Shown here: piece by piece, positions 11,230-23,244 of the stretch | How the letters are laid out: each line of letters starts with the position of its first letter | Numbering within the stretch: the first letter of the stretch is position 1 | NCBI GenBank assembly: GCA_000091205.1 | Contig: AP006490.2 | Source: Cyanidioschyzon merolae | Lineage: Eukaryota | Length of the DNA stretch: 64,000 nucleotides | Strand: one strand, 5' to 3' | Made by a program: the position numbers and the translations under genes | Notes under the pieces: model-generated | The model's input: the letters and a program-made list of their open reading frames with translations, nothing else | What the model was told of the DNA's origin: nothing | Database searches by the model: none

Positions 11230-13548
11230 TCACTGCATACGGCACTCGCGGCGCTGACCGCTGAGCGTACCACCACTACTACTACTACTACTACTCCGAT
11301 AGCGCAGCGCAAACTGCCGAACACAGAGCGCGATCAGATCCCGCTGTTCCGCACTGTTCGCTCGAAAGGCAAAGGTATGTTTCAGGGTGAGGCTGAACGC
11401 ATGCGCATCCGTCTCATCGAGGGCGACTTTGATGAAGGACGTCCAAGACTTCTTCTCTTCCGTAATCCAGTGACCCTCGCGGGGGTCAAAGTCCTCCGTC
11501 GCATGATAAAGGGATTCAGTCCAAGGATCAGCGGCACCAGCACCAGCACCAGCACCGGATGCTTGGTACGACTGCGCCGGGCGCTGAACGCTCAGATAGC
11601 GCTTGTGGACGAGGATACAGCGTGGAGCGCCCGACGCCTCGTCGCGAACCAGAAAAGCAGCGCGACCTTCGAGCATCCACACCGAGAGGCGTTCCTCCAT
11701 GGTCGGATCTACCTCGATTGGTGCAGTGAACGCTTGCAGCGCGGGTAGCCCCGCGGTTGCCTCGGTAACCGCGGCAAGTCGCATACCCACATCATCCGCT
11801 GTCGTTCGATAGCGATAGCCTTCAGCGCGGTAGGCGTATGGTGTAATGGACGCTGTTCGACGCGACAAATGATACCAGCGCACTCTTGGACCGGAACTCG
11901 ATTCGAGACCGTTCATCACTGCTGTCAGCGTACGATTATTGAAACATTCACCCTGGATGACCAGACGGGCATCCGCTTGGATGCGATCACTGGGAATCTC
12001 GGTACGTTCGGAGCGCTCTGGTCGAGTACCCTGCGAATGTTCATGCAACGTTGCTGTTGCTGTTGCTGCTGCTGCTTCTGCTGCAGGTGCTCCGCCTCGC
12101 GCCAAGCTCCCTGCTACGCTTGGTGAGAGATGTTGTGAGGTTTCGTGTCCATGCGGCTGCGCTTGGCATCCTAGTTTGCGAGAAGGAGTTAGCGGCTCAA
12201 TCTGGTCTTCGTGGAGCGTTTCGATGTCCTCGGGAACGCGTTCAGCGCCGCGTCCACCGGGGGTGTCGGCAGCACGCCAGGCACTGAGCCTGGCAGACGA
12301 TGTGGCTGGTTGCGCCTCTACAGCAGCGAGATCAAGCGGTGCGACCGTCTCTATCGATTGTTTGCTCCAGCTCGATGCTAGCCTAGCAGCGGCTGGGCGT
12401 GCCCTTCGAACGGAAGCGCCGCTTTCCAGGCGTGTACTGTGAGAAGCTGACGGTGTCTGTGACAAGCGCATCTCACGAAGCGGCACGCCTGGGGCATCGT
12501 TCTCGGAAAGCTCGCGGGGATGCGTCCAGGGCATCTCTGGTATTTGGGCGTTATTCTTCAAGGAGACGGATCCCGAGGTGCGTTCTGGGGAAACACCACT
12601 GGCAACCGCGCAGATGCTGAGGTCCGAAGTACCACCGGACGACCCTGGCACGGATTCCGGTACCGCAGGTTCAGCACCCGCACGTGAAACGATGCCTATC
12701 GGGTGTCGCTGTGCTGGTGCAGTGGCATCGGGACTTGCAGGTAACGCACTGGTAACGAGTGCTTGTTTTTGTGCACGCAAAACCTGAACCAAGTCTGCCT
12801 GGATCGCATTCTCCTCATCAAGGCCCTGGAGACGTTGCAGCTGTTGATCTCGCTGAGTTTTCAGCTTGTGAAACTCCTGCTCTCCTGCTTGAATTTCATT
12901 TTCTAAAGAAGAAAGTTCGGCAGCCAGACGTGTCTTCTCGCTTTCGCCGGCGGCAATCTGAGCAGTTCGTTCAGCGTTCTCTCGACGCAGTCGCTCGATC
13001 TCAGACTGAAGATGCTCCAGTCTTCGGCGCAGTGGTTCAGTCATTCGCGTGACCTGTTGCCAGGCTCCAATACGCGTCTGGAGGAGTTCGCGTTCGCGCA
13101 GGTATCGTTGCCGCATAGCCTCGCGCTCGCTGAGCTGGTGTAACAGCGCTCGTAGCGTTTCATCTTCGCGTGGTTCCTCACCACCAGCTAGCTCTAAACG
13201 CTGCCGTGTCAGGTCCAAAACCTCTTCATACGCTGCATTGAGTCGCTCTAAAGCAGCGTTTGTATTCTGGAGGAGACGAAGCACCGAGCTCTCCAGAGCG
13301 CGTTTTGTTGTTGCCGCTGATCCTAGAGAGCTTGTTCGACGCTGGTTCACTGCAACCTGCACTTGAGACAGACTTCGTTCCCGTTCCGTCAAAAGTTGTT
13401 CCAAGTTCGCTAGACGTGTACGCTCCGCGGCGATTTGGGGCTCCAGGGTTTCTACGCTCGGGTCGAGAAGGCGACTGGGCTCCGCGCTCGTCTCTGCTTC
13501 TGAGCGCAGCGGCGGATGCTTCAAGGAAGCGTCCCAGCTTGCATCCAT
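11230..13548 (-). CDS. Coiled-coil protein, 772 aa, with a possible C-terminal PH-like domain; function unknown
   Basis: The N-terminal 300 aa are heptad-rich (E/R/L/Q), followed by a disordered S/A/P-rich linker. The C-terminus has a PH-domain-like pattern ('CILVHKRYLSVQ...FSLTLKHTFAFRANSAEQRDLIALCVRQF'). This is an uninterrupted 2.3-kb ORF in GC-rich DNA. Confidence 0.5.
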   Translation of the reverse strand: MDASWDASLKHPPLRSEAETSAEPSRLLDPSVETLEPQIAAERTRLANLEQLLTERERSLSQVQVAVNQRRTSSLGSAATTKRALESSVLRLLQNTNAALERLNAAYEEVLDLTRQRLELAGGEEPREDETLRALLHQLSEREAMRQRYLRERELLQTRIGAWQQVTRMTEPLRRRLEHLQSEIERLRRENAERTAQIAAGESEKTRLAAELSSLENEIQAGEQEFHKLKTQRDQQLQRLQGLDEENAIQADLVQVLRAQKQALVTSALPASPDATAPAQRHPIGIVSRAGAEPAVPESVPGSSGGTSDLSICAVASGVSPERTSGSVSLKNNAQIPEMPWTHPRELSENDAPGVPLREMRLSQTPSASHSTRLESGASVRRARPAAARLASSWSKQSIETVAPLDLAAVEAQPATSSARLSAWRAADTPGGRGAERVPEDIETLHEDQIEPLTPSRKLGCQAQPHGHETSQHLSPSVAGSLARGGAPAAEAAAATATATLHEHSQGTRPERSERTEIPSDRIQADARLVIQGECFNNRTLTAVMNGLESSSGPRVRWYHLSRRTASITPYAYRAEGYRYRTTADDVGMRLAAVTEATAGLPALQAFTAPIEVDPTMEERLSVWMLEGRAAFLVRDEASGAPRCILVHKRYLSVQRPAQSYQASGAGAGAGAADPWTESLYHATEDFDPREGHWITEEKKSWTSFIKVALDETDAHAFSLTLKHTFAFRANSAEQRDLIALCVRQFALRYRSSSSSSSGGTLSGQRRECRMQ

Positions 13549-13737
13549 GCAACTTGTGGCTGTCGTTGCCTATCGTCTATTCTTCTACTCTCAAATTGAT
13601 GTGGCAAAGCGTGCCAGTAGCCGCAAGTCGCGCAGCACCACAGAAACCTATCAGAAGGAGAAAAAAGCTTCAGCCCGCCGGCGAGATACCGACACGGCAG
13701 TCGTACCCGCAGCAGGGCAACGCGTAACGGTCGCTTC

Positions 13738-14538
13738 TTGTTTGGCGTTCGGCATTCGCTGAGCGAGGGAGCTCCACAGAGACTAGGCTGGCGGTGTGTA
13801 AACAAGTTTTATAGGATGTTTGTTAGTGGTTGCAAGTTTTGGTGGTGTTCCTTGACGGATGCGCGCGCCAGGTCAACAACAGAGTGGTCGATGCCGGTGC
13901 GCTGGCGAGCGTCTACGTCGGAGCGGACCCGCAGCCGCACCTCAGCCGGGGACCTGAATGCTATAGAGCGACGACGCTTTTTCACCCCTGTGTGGTCTTT
14001 TAGGACAGCTGTTACCTCGTGTATGGCTTTGGACGAAACAACACCTACCCAGAGGGAACGACGCGAGAGCAGCGGAGCGCATCGACTGGACGGCTGGTTT
14101 GCGCTGCGGAAACGGGTACTGCCTCGGGACACGGACTACGCTGGTGTGGTATGGCACGGTCGTTACGTGGACTGGTTAGAGGAGGCGCGAGTGGAGTTTC
14201 TAGCTGCGCGCGGCTTTACATACGAACAGCTGGTGCGGGAGTGTCAGTGCGAAACACCTGTGATTCAGCTGTCGCTGAGCTACAAACGGCCAGTGCGGTT
14301 TGGTGAAGTCGCCGACGTTCTTCTCCGAGTCTGCCCGAGACAGCGAACGAGTGTGCGTATTATTTTCGAGTGCCGCATCGTTGCGGCAGCGGCGACAGTT
14401 GTCTTACCTGAAAACGAACAAACGCCTGTCGGCACCGTTTATGTTGACGGACGCGTCGAACTGACGATCGTGGATCGCAACACCGGGCGGGTATTACGGA
14501 AACTCCCGCCCCAGCTGGAGAAGTCGCTTTACGGCTAG
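13738..14538 (+). CDS. Hotdog-fold acyl-CoA thioesterase (4HBT/YbgC-like)
   Basis: The 4HBT signature 'LPRDTDYAGVVWHGRYVDWLEEARVEFL' is present (the D-x-D-x-x-G-V-V-x-H-x-x-Y active-site region). The core is about 170 aa from Met 14023. The upstream roughly 95 codons are R/S-rich and may be a targeting peptide or 5' UTR. Confidence 0.65.
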   Translation: MFGVRHSLSEGAPQRLGWRCVNKFYRMFVSGCKFWWCSLTDARARSTTEWSMPVRWRASTSERTRSRTSAGDLNAIERRRFFTPVWSFRTAVTSCMALDETTPTQRERRESSGAHRLDGWFALRKRVLPRDTDYAGVVWHGRYVDWLEEARVEFLAARGFTYEQLVRECQCETPVIQLSLSYKRPVRFGEVADVLLRVCPRQRTSVRIIFECRIVAAAATVVLPENEQTPVGTVYVDGRVELTIVDRNTGRVLRKLPPQLEKSLYG

Positions 14539-15167
14539 GTGCTGTGGCTGTCCTGCGCGTGTACTGGCTCTGGGTGCGTTTCTTCCGTGTTTCCGGGACA
14601 GGACGCCGTGGAAGATACATCCATGAACATTCGTTTGAGGCAATGCGCGAAGCAGACCGGTTCTTTCGCCTGCTATACAAGCTGCCTCGAACACAGATGC
14701 ATGGTATTGCTGGCAACGCAAATGCATTGCGAGAACGTTTGTATTCCGTGCTCGAGGATGGGCGAGATGTCCACGTTCACAGCAGTCCGGGTTGTTTCTG
14801 GTGCAGCTTTCCATGCGCACGCTTGTGCGGGACTCGAAACGTACCCTGTATTTTCTACATTATCCAAATAATTGTCAGCCTGCTCTGGTCTAGCTGGCAC
14901 GGAGACGTGTTCTGCTCTGCACTCGAGGCTGTTGCGATCATCTCCAATGAAATATTCGAGATCCTACGTGCTTGCTTCAAATGGCGCGCGGATAATGCAC
15001 TACGGAAAAAAAAGTCACGGTTTTATACCATGCGCATCGTGGTGTAAAAGCAAGTGCTTGGTGCACGTTTTTGCGCACACGCGTTTGCCGCTGGATAGTC
15101 ATAGGACAAGTGTGGGCGAGCCCCAGCGCATGCGATATTCCTCTCGTTATGATCCTGCACGTCGACG

Positions 15168-15745
15168 GTGCTTCACCTCTAGGTGCACGTCATCAAATGC
15201 GTTTTCGCGGTATATAGGAGATGCATTCGAAGTGCGTTCATTTGAACAAATAAAAAATCCAAGGGAAAGGTAAACGCATAAAAGTTAGGGAACCTGGAGG
15301 GCCGGTGTCGTTGGGTCCCACAAAAAACACGAATAAAATCCCCGTCTCGTGGACGATGGAGAGACGAAGAGCGGAGATAGGCGGGGAGAGGGCATTCGCC
15401 TGACGGGACGATGACGAGACTGTGGTGGCCTAGAGGGCACGAGCTCCAGCAATTCTTGTATTGATGAGTTCCGCCAGATGCAATAAAAGTACGGCGTTCG
15501 TGAACGGAGAATTCAACGCCTCCATCGATACAAGATGATGTGCTGTGCCGAAGACGAGACCCGGGGAGCTAACACGAGCTACCTTTATGGGGCAGCCTCT
15601 CAGGCTCGTACTCTGCCTGGATAAACGGAAACCAGGAGCAGTCGGCCGGTTAAAAAAGGCCGGGAGGCGTCTGTGCATGGGTATGTACTTACGATCCGTG
15701 GTCGTGGGACATTTTTTGTTTCATTGACATGTACATATTCTAAGA
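15168..15745 (+). repeat. Dispersed element family 1, copy B
   Basis: See copy A. It has the same orientation and lies in the 5-kb gene-poor interval between the thioesterase and FKBP genes. Confidence 0.8.
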
Positions 15746-18700
15746 ACTGTGAGTTCCGGAACACCTGTACTATCACACTCTTATGTTTTTGTTTGATTTT
15801 CTGCAGGTATGCAAAGAAAGGGTTTGTATCCCGTAAATTGGAGAAATGTTGCGTCAAATCCTGGTGCTGGCACTGCTTGCTTGGGAAGAGCAGCTCAAGT
15901 CGTAAATGCAAGTCCTTCTCCGGTGAGGAGGTGGATGAACCATCGTTCTTATTGCGTTTGCCCGAAACGTCTTGCACCCAAAACATAACTTCATCACGGC
16001 TTTTTTCACGATCTTCGTATCGTCAATCCACTCCACTCCATATGCTCTATTAGAGAGGCGATCAAGCAAGCCGTAGGATGCGAGAATTCCGCCTCATTGA
16101 CACCAACGGTCGTGAAGCGACATGGATGGACGAGGTACAAAGCGCGAGTATGCGCTAAAAAACGCCGAGCGCTCGACAACACACTCTCGATTTCGAAGTG
16201 AAACACAAACTCGGACTATAGAAGAGACTTTCGCTCATAGAGGAAGAAATGGTAGACCTGTATATAGGTTCTCAAAGAGTGAGGGTAAATCGGTGTTCGT
16301 AAAGAAGGGACAAGCGAGTATTCCGACAAAATCTGCGCTGAAGGCGATGCTACCTTGTGGTCGCCTAGGTCACCAGAACGGACGGGTTCGTCAGTATTTC
16401 ATCCTCCGTCAAAGCAAATTTCATGGATTCTCCATCTGACATTTTTCTGTCCCGGTCGTAGACGATGACGCTTTCCGTCACACAAAAAAGCAGTGACGGA
16501 GTACGCAGTTGAGATTGTCGTTGAGCTCGTGCTCGTGCCGGCCTAGGCTGCCTGGTTCAACCCAGTCGATGGCGTCTTATCTGATGTAAAACTCTGTATT
16601 TACGTTTACGGGCCCATAGACGGGTCGTTCGCATCAGCGACACCGTTCTCTGACAAACTGTTCCTCGACAAGTCGTTCTCTACTTTCATCGGCACTCCAC
16701 TAATGTGATGCTCCTCTGTTCTTGCGCTTGAGCGAGTGAACAGGTGTGCTACAGTTCGTGAGGATTCTCGCGGTGGAAAGGTGACGAAAAAGTGCTTAAA
16801 TGATGATCGATGCGCTCATGGAAAAGGCGAATTCGAGCCCCACAGTCCACCCGGTACGAGTGCAACACGTAAAAAAGTAGGTATATCGAGTATAGCGAGC
16901 ATATTCGCGCCGTCCAGTCTGATAAAGAACAAGGAGAAGGAACGCCAGACTAAGAGGAAGAAAATTTCCCCAGAAAGTCGACGAGGGACCATAACGTAAA
17001 ACCGTCGAAGAGGGACAATCTGCCTGAAACGATGATCAGGTGCTTCGCTTTGAACCACGCCGTCGGGAAGAATTTTCCGAAACGCAAGTTTCAGGAAATC
17101 GTTAGGTGTTGCATAGCTTCTTCCAAGAACCGGGTTTCGCTCACGTTGCCCTCGAGTTTCAAGCACTTGGTTACGCAAATGTTTGTACGGGTCCCAGACG
17201 CACTGCTGCTAGATATCCACATTCCTCTGGAATTTTTCGATCAAACCCGAGTACGACCATATACCTGATACTCAGGACAGAAGATGAAATGCGGCCAGAT
17301 CGTAGTATCCACGCTTTGCATACTCGCGTTCCAGAATGCCTTGATGCTTCGCCACTCCTAGGCACTGATCGGAGCATCCACAGCACAGGTACGAACCTGA
17401 GTCTAGCAATCTCAAGAACTGTGTGCGTGCCAATGCCGAGCGTTTCATGGGGCACCTCCTGTGGGCGTTGTGCGCTCACCGCACTGGTCCAGAAAAACGG
17501 GTACTTACGGTAGGGATTCTCGGGATACGCGTGCGAGAAAAAAACGAATCCTTGGCGGCGGAAGCGATCCAGGCGGTCAGGCGCTCGGACTCGATGTCGC
17601 ATTGATCGCGAGATTCGCTTCAGATCGCCCGAGCTCATTGCGTAGCTCTGGGCCTCAGACCGGAGCACATCGTATCCAAATGATGCTGGAAACGTGACCC
17701 ATGCAGCGCTTTCATCTTGCGCATCTATGTGTTCCAGAATAGAGCCCTCTAGCGCAAAGCGAATCGTCTTTACGAATACGTCCGCGATAGCCTCCCCGAC
17801 GATCTATCCAAAGGTGTCCCGACTGGTCTGATCGATGTCCATCATTTCCTAGAAGAAGCTTCTGTTCTGTAGAGGATTTCTGAATCAGTGAGCTACGGCT
17901 GGTCTCTGCGAGCGACTCTGAAGCAAGCGAACAACTTGGCGAAGAGCATTGGCAGAGCGCGTCCAAGAGCTCTCGTTTACGGGGAGGAAATGAGACGCAA
18001 TTTACAGTGACGATCGATATAGACGGCGTATCAAGCAGCATGAACTGGTGGAAACGTTTATCTGCGTCGATCAACGAGGCTCATTTCCAGTCTTTCTAGA
18101 CAGATGACGAGAATGATTCTATGGTGTGTATGGATGCAGTGCTGGAGGTTTCCAGGTCCATCGCAACCCCTCCAAGTCAAGAGGATAGAGTCAAAGATTC
18201 CAACGGGTAGCAGATGAAGCTGCTCAATTTTTCAAAATGCTCTGTATGCTAGGGAGTCGGACGTGATGGACACCAGCAGACACACCAGCAAATAGAATAA
18301 CGGCTGCAGGGCCCATGTCGAAGCTCCAACCACCATACCGAGTAGAGGCGCATCCTTGATACGCCTCGTTCAGAGCGTACATGAGCGTCCAAATGATGCA
18401 TGCGGACGACCATTCGCAGGTGTATGTGACACCGCGCTGGATCGCCGACAGTGTTGTTTTTTTTTTGCTGAAGCCAGCATCGTCCTTTGGTCAATTTTTT
18501 TCCAACGAATTCGAGTACGGAATACCCGATATGTCGCATGGTTTCATGGCGGCCAATGGCACTAAACGTGCCGTACACCACAAATACCTCATTCCTGCAC
18601 CTTCGACGAGCGTGTCCAACGAGCGCATCAATCGGATCTGTTGGATACCTATCGATGCATTCGGAATGGCGTACGCGTATCATGAGCACGGGCACACGCT

Positions 18701-19648
18701 GGACCCGGTACAGAGGGAGAAGCAAGTGGAATAGACGCATATGTACGAGGTGGTGTCCGGGAAGCGGACCGCCCTTCACCTGGCGAGGAAATCCATGGAA
18801 TGTGAGACTCGCTCTGGTTTGATGCCAGCAGCGGCTATCCGCGGAATCAGTCTCTGCACCGAGACTTGAACGCCTCGATCAACGTTCGGAAGTGTCTTGG
18901 GCTCCTCGACTTCGAGCGGTTTTGTCGAGCGAACATTCGACGGAATCCTTTCGTACTCAACAGGGGCTTGTGCTCCTATGCAGAAGCGTTGCGATTCGAG
19001 AAATCAGTGGCCGAGACAGAGGGCATCGGGTTCTCCTAAGCGCCACGGCACTGGCATGGTACGGCGCAGCAATCAACAAGTCCGAAACGCCGTCTCAGTT
19101 CACGGGGAACGCTTTTCGTGGGCTAAAATATCCGGGTTACGCCTTGCACTCCTAGATGCGGATCGTTACCATGACAGAAATTGCATCCAGAGGCGCGTAT
19201 GCCTCTGATATGACCGCCACGTCCTCGTCATGATACACGCTCGCGCAGACACTCGAGTCGACACTGCTTCACGCGGCCCTAGGATTGGCTTCCTTCTGCT
19301 TGACGTGATCAAGTGCGCGGGAGCAATTACATCCTGACGCCTTTTAACGATGAAAGAGTCGCACCATGCAGTGCGCAGTTGCTCCATGTTGTTCCTGGCA
19401 AGGGTACTCTCGAGTTCCCAGTGTCCATACAACGTCCAGTACAACTGCTGCAGCGAGCTCTGTGTGCTCGAAGCACTGTCGTGGGCACTTGCGACGTCTA
19501 CCTCGTTGGGCACGGCTCCACCGTACCCACACCGCACTACGAAACGCGTTTCATTTTTCCTCGGACACTGTCTTGACCAGTCGCTAGATCCACCTCTAAT
19601 CTTTACACTTGAAACCAGTCTTTAGTCCTGGCATGGAGCGACCCCACT

Positions 19649-21052
19649 TTGCCCCTCGACGTCCAGGAAGCGTCTCGTGTGAGCAGAGCCTCAGCGGAGC
19701 GCGGCGTCAGCGGCCCGCAACTAGAAACGCCTGCCCCAGTCAAGCGTCGACGCAGCGTTTTTTCCTTGAAGCGCTGCTTTGCGGTGTTCGTTTCACGAAA
19801 CGTTCCGACAGCAATGTTCGGCATAGTTCGGGTCGCTTTCTCAATTCACACGAGCGCCAGCTTCAAGGCCGGTAGCAGTGCTTTCAAGTCGCACAACTGC
19901 ACCGACGTTCGTTTCCAGCACAAGCCGCTGCCTCGGGCAGCGGTTGCTCGGCGTCGGCTATGGCGTTCGCCTCTGGTACTGTGCGATCAGAGGCGTAAAG
20001 ACGCTTCGTCGAAGGCGGAGACTTTCGGAAGCGCAAATTCAAATGAAAGCACAACGAACGCTGACGCAACCGTGAACCTCGAACGAGGTCAGAGTGCAGA
20101 GGCAGCAAACCCGGGGGTGCCAACGTCCGGCGGACCGCGGCGACGTTCCCCGTTTGAGGACTTGGTCGACGGAGCTTCCGATGGTTTCGGGGGACCCACA
20201 TCCCCAGGGCTTCCTCGACGACGCTCCAACCTATCCGAGCAGAACGAGAGGATTCGAGCACTCCTGGGCCTCGAGAAACGTGACACCTCGGAGCGTACCC
20301 AGCAGCGGCCAGCGGCGCCCGTTCCCGAGCGCCCAGCAACCACGGTGACGAGCACGGAGAACGCACCAGGCCTGATCGACCTAACAGGGGACGGTGGTGT
20401 GCTCCGCGAGTTGCTCTCCCGAGGGGCACCAGAGAAAGCGGCGAACAAACAGACGCCGGTGCAAAGTACGTCGGGCAGTCGCCTTCGGGTGCACTATGTT
20501 GGCAAACTAGCGGAGACTGGCCAGATATTCGATGCATCTCGCGAGCGACAGGAACCTTTTGAGTTTATCCTGGGTGAAGGGAGTGTGATTAAGGGTTGGG
20601 AGGCCGGTCTGGTTGGTCTAGCGGCCGGCGATGTCGTGCGTCTGGTATGTGCTCCCGCTTATGCCTATGGACTGCGCGGAGTGCCGCCGGTGATCCCGCC
20701 TCGCGCGAAACTTGAGTTCGAGGTTGAGGTGCTGGAGGTGTTACCGGCCGCACCGGGCAACAGCGAAGCCCAGAGCAAATCATCTTTGCGTGCTCTCGAC
20801 GAAGATGACGTTCCACGTACCCCAGAAGATATTTCTCGCGCCTATATCAAACGTCTCGAGGAGCGCGCCGCGAATCCAAAGAAGGAATCGAAATGGTTTA
20901 TCATCTCGCCTTTTGCGAGTGCGACTGGAGAGCGACCGCCGTGGTGGTTGAATCCTAACATCACTTTCCTGATCATATTTTCCGTGCTCGGTCTGGCGAC
21001 GTATGCCGTATATGTGTCGGGTGGCATTCGTCAGGGGTTTCCGCCCTCGTAG
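19649..21052 (+). CDS. FKBP-type peptidyl-prolyl cis-trans isomerase with C-terminal transmembrane anchor
   Basis: The FKBP domain reads 'RLRVHYVGKLAETGQIFDASRERQEPFEFILGEGSVIKGWEAGLVGLAAGDVVRLVCAPAYAYGLRGVPPVIPPRAKLEFEVEVLEV'. A C-terminal hydrophobic segment 'ITFLIIFSVLGLATYAVYV' suggests a tail anchor. The N-terminal roughly 270 aa are low complexity, and the true start may be the internal Met at 19814. Confidence 0.85.
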   Translation: MPLDVQEASRVSRASAERGVSGPQLETPAPVKRRRSVFSLKRCFAVFVSRNVPTAMFGIVRVAFSIHTSASFKAGSSAFKSHNCTDVRFQHKPLPRAAVARRRLWRSPLVLCDQRRKDASSKAETFGSANSNESTTNADATVNLERGQSAEAANPGVPTSGGPRRRSPFEDLVDGASDGFGGPTSPGLPRRRSNLSEQNERIRALLGLEKRDTSERTQQRPAAPVPERPATTVTSTENAPGLIDLTGDGGVLRELLSRGAPEKAANKQTPVQSTSGSRLRVHYVGKLAETGQIFDASRERQEPFEFILGEGSVIKGWEAGLVGLAAGDVVRLVCAPAYAYGLRGVPPVIPPRAKLEFEVEVLEVLPAAPGNSEAQSKSSLRALDEDDVPRTPEDISRAYIKRLEERAANPKKESKWFIISPFASATGERPPWWLNPNITFLIIFSVLGLATYAVYVSGGIRQGFPPS

Positions 21053-22083
21053 GGGGCAAGCCACGGCCGCCCAGGTGCAGACACACACACACACTGGGGC
21101 GCGCTTACGCTGTATGCTTATAGAGACGTTGAGCGGCAGACATCGCAGCACCTTGGTGCTGCTTTGGTGACGAGTCGAATGCTACAAACGCGAATACTGG
21201 CGAGCATGATAGCGGTGGTCTCGTCGACAACGGAAAAAGAGCGGCTCTTGGGAGCATTCATGATCCTCAGGTAATCGACTTGGAGGAGGGCGCAAAAGTC
21301 GTTGCGGGTGCCTAGGGTACCGAATCCTGAACCCGAGCGCAATCCGCAAGCGCTACAAGGGCTCGTTCGTTCGTTGGTTCGTTCGTTCGGAGTATTCGAG
21401 AAGCAAATGCGTTCCTAGCATTCGTCTCCTGGCATAAATTGGCATCAATGTATAGAGAAACGGTACCCATGCGCTAAGCAAGGGGCAGGACACACGGCTC
21501 CGTGGGACGCATTTGTATCGACACATGGTCCCTTGTCATGGTTGACGCAGGCGTTTCCGGGTGCTCGTCTCATACCGCAGCCCGACGCGTTGCCATCCCT
21601 TCTGTCTATCCATTGGGATCCGCGCTTTCGATGGACGCAAGTCATGGGCTTTGGGGCATTTGACAGGAAACATAGGCCTAAGGTGAAGTTTTCTAGCGTA
21701 CAACAGCGCCCTGCGGACCGCTTGCAATCTTGTGCATTGCACTGCATTGCACTGCACTGCGCATACGCATCCATCACGACTCAGGTTTTTCTCGGCAAAC
21801 CGTTCCTTTCCGCAGCAAAACCAACGCAGCACCTCCTGTAGGCACCAACACCAACCTCAACATCAAGAGATGCACCATTAGCCGTCACTTCGCCTTGGGA
21901 TACCTCATTCGCGCTGCAGCGCGCGACGTTGTTCCAAAGTAGCCGATGCCGCAGCCGCAAACCCCATAGTCGTTTCCAGTGACGCTCAGATCGCCTTGGT
22001 GGTCCGATGACGGCCCCTACAGCCTTTTCAAACACTGGCCACGATGAGTCTATTGTACAGCTCGCAAAGAAACGGCACGTCGA

Positions 22084-23145
22084 TCAGATATTCTCACATT
22101 CCGGATGCGTTCCCTCGATGGCGATCCCGTTCATTTTGCAGCGCTCTCGAATAATCATTTCTGCGAGAATCATATCTTCCGGGGTCGTGATTTTGATATT
22201 CGCGTATTCGCCCATAGTAATTTTCACAGGATAATGCTTGTCGTCGAGCAACTCCACGACGCTCACGTCGTCTGTTACGCGTAGGCCCCGGCGCATGGCG
22301 TTCTCGAAGCCCTGACGCAGAAGACGAGCCCGAACCACTTGTGGTGTTTGGATCTCCCACAACCTGCTGCGATCGATAGTCCGCCTGACAAACTGTCCAT
22401 CCTCGCTCTCCTTAATCGTCGCTTTCACTGGCACGCCAATTGCTGCGGCCCCGTAGATCGAGGCGTCCCGCAGGCACGACCGTATGCAGGAGCGTGAAAC
22501 AAGTGGTCGCGCCGCGTCGTGAACACACACGAGGATGTCGTCTGTTTCATCTTTTTCACGATCCACCGTATCTGGGACGAGGGCGAGTCCAGAGCGAACT
22601 GAGTCTTGCCGCTCTAAGCCCGGGTCCGCGAATAAAATCCGCTTGTCGCGCAAAACATAGTTTCCAAAATACGCTTCACGATATCGTTTTTCAACGACGA
22701 TAATTATCTGAGTCACCTCGGGCAAGCCCAGAAAGAGCAACAGAGAACGTTCGGATACAGTCTTGCCACAGAGCTGCAGAAACTGCTTTGGCCGGTCGGC
22801 ACGCATGCGGCTGCCCAGGCCCCCCGCCAGCAGAATCACCGACACCGGCTGCCGAACCGGCGGCGGCACCAATCCGTTTCCCAAGTCATCCATCGGCCCG
22901 AACGCCGGCAGTATAGACTCTCCATTTTCTAGAAGAGTCATAAACTGCAGACGCTCGCTTGTAAAGTTCCGACGCCGAACAGATCCAACCTGGGTGCACC
23001 AGCCTTGCCGTGGTGGCCGTGAGCGCCGCTCTGCGAACGCGCCACTGCTCACTGCGGACGTTGCCACTGAGGCGCGACAACTGCAACGCCCGGGAGCTCT
23101 AACTGGTGCCTGCAGACCGTGTACTACGAAGTTCAACGGTGTCAT
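22084..23145 (-). CDS. ispD: 2-C-methyl-D-erythritol 4-phosphate cytidylyltransferase (IspD, MEP pathway) with plastid-transit-peptide-like N-terminus
   Basis: The IspD signatures 'VILLAGGLGSRMRADRPKQFL', 'VCVHDAARPLV' and 'WEIQTPQVV' are present. The raw ORF runs on to 23349 through the 120-bp repeat array; the first Met outside the array (23145) begins an R/S/A-rich stretch ('MTPLNFVVHGLQAPVRAPGRCSCRASVATSAVSS...') resembling a transit peptide. Confidence 0.85.
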   Translation of the reverse strand: MTPLNFVVHGLQAPVRAPGRCSCRASVATSAVSSGAFAERRSRPPRQGWCTQVGSVRRRNFTSERLQFMTLLENGESILPAFGPMDDLGNGLVPPPVRQPVSVILLAGGLGSRMRADRPKQFLQLCGKTVSERSLLLFLGLPEVTQIIIVVEKRYREAYFGNYVLRDKRILFADPGLERQDSVRSGLALVPDTVDREKDETDDILVCVHDAARPLVSRSCIRSCLRDASIYGAAAIGVPVKATIKESEDGQFVRRTIDRSRLWEIQTPQVVRARLLRQGFENAMRRGLRVTDDVSVVELLDDKHYPVKITMGEYANIKITTPEDMILAEMIIRERCKMNGIAIEGTHPECENI

Positions 23146-23244
23146 CAACGTAACTTGTGAAATGTGGAGCTTTTCGTCGGTCAAGTCCCCGAGGGAACCC
23201 GCGGGACCTCTACCTAACAGCCGGAGCGTGCGTGGCGCATTAAT

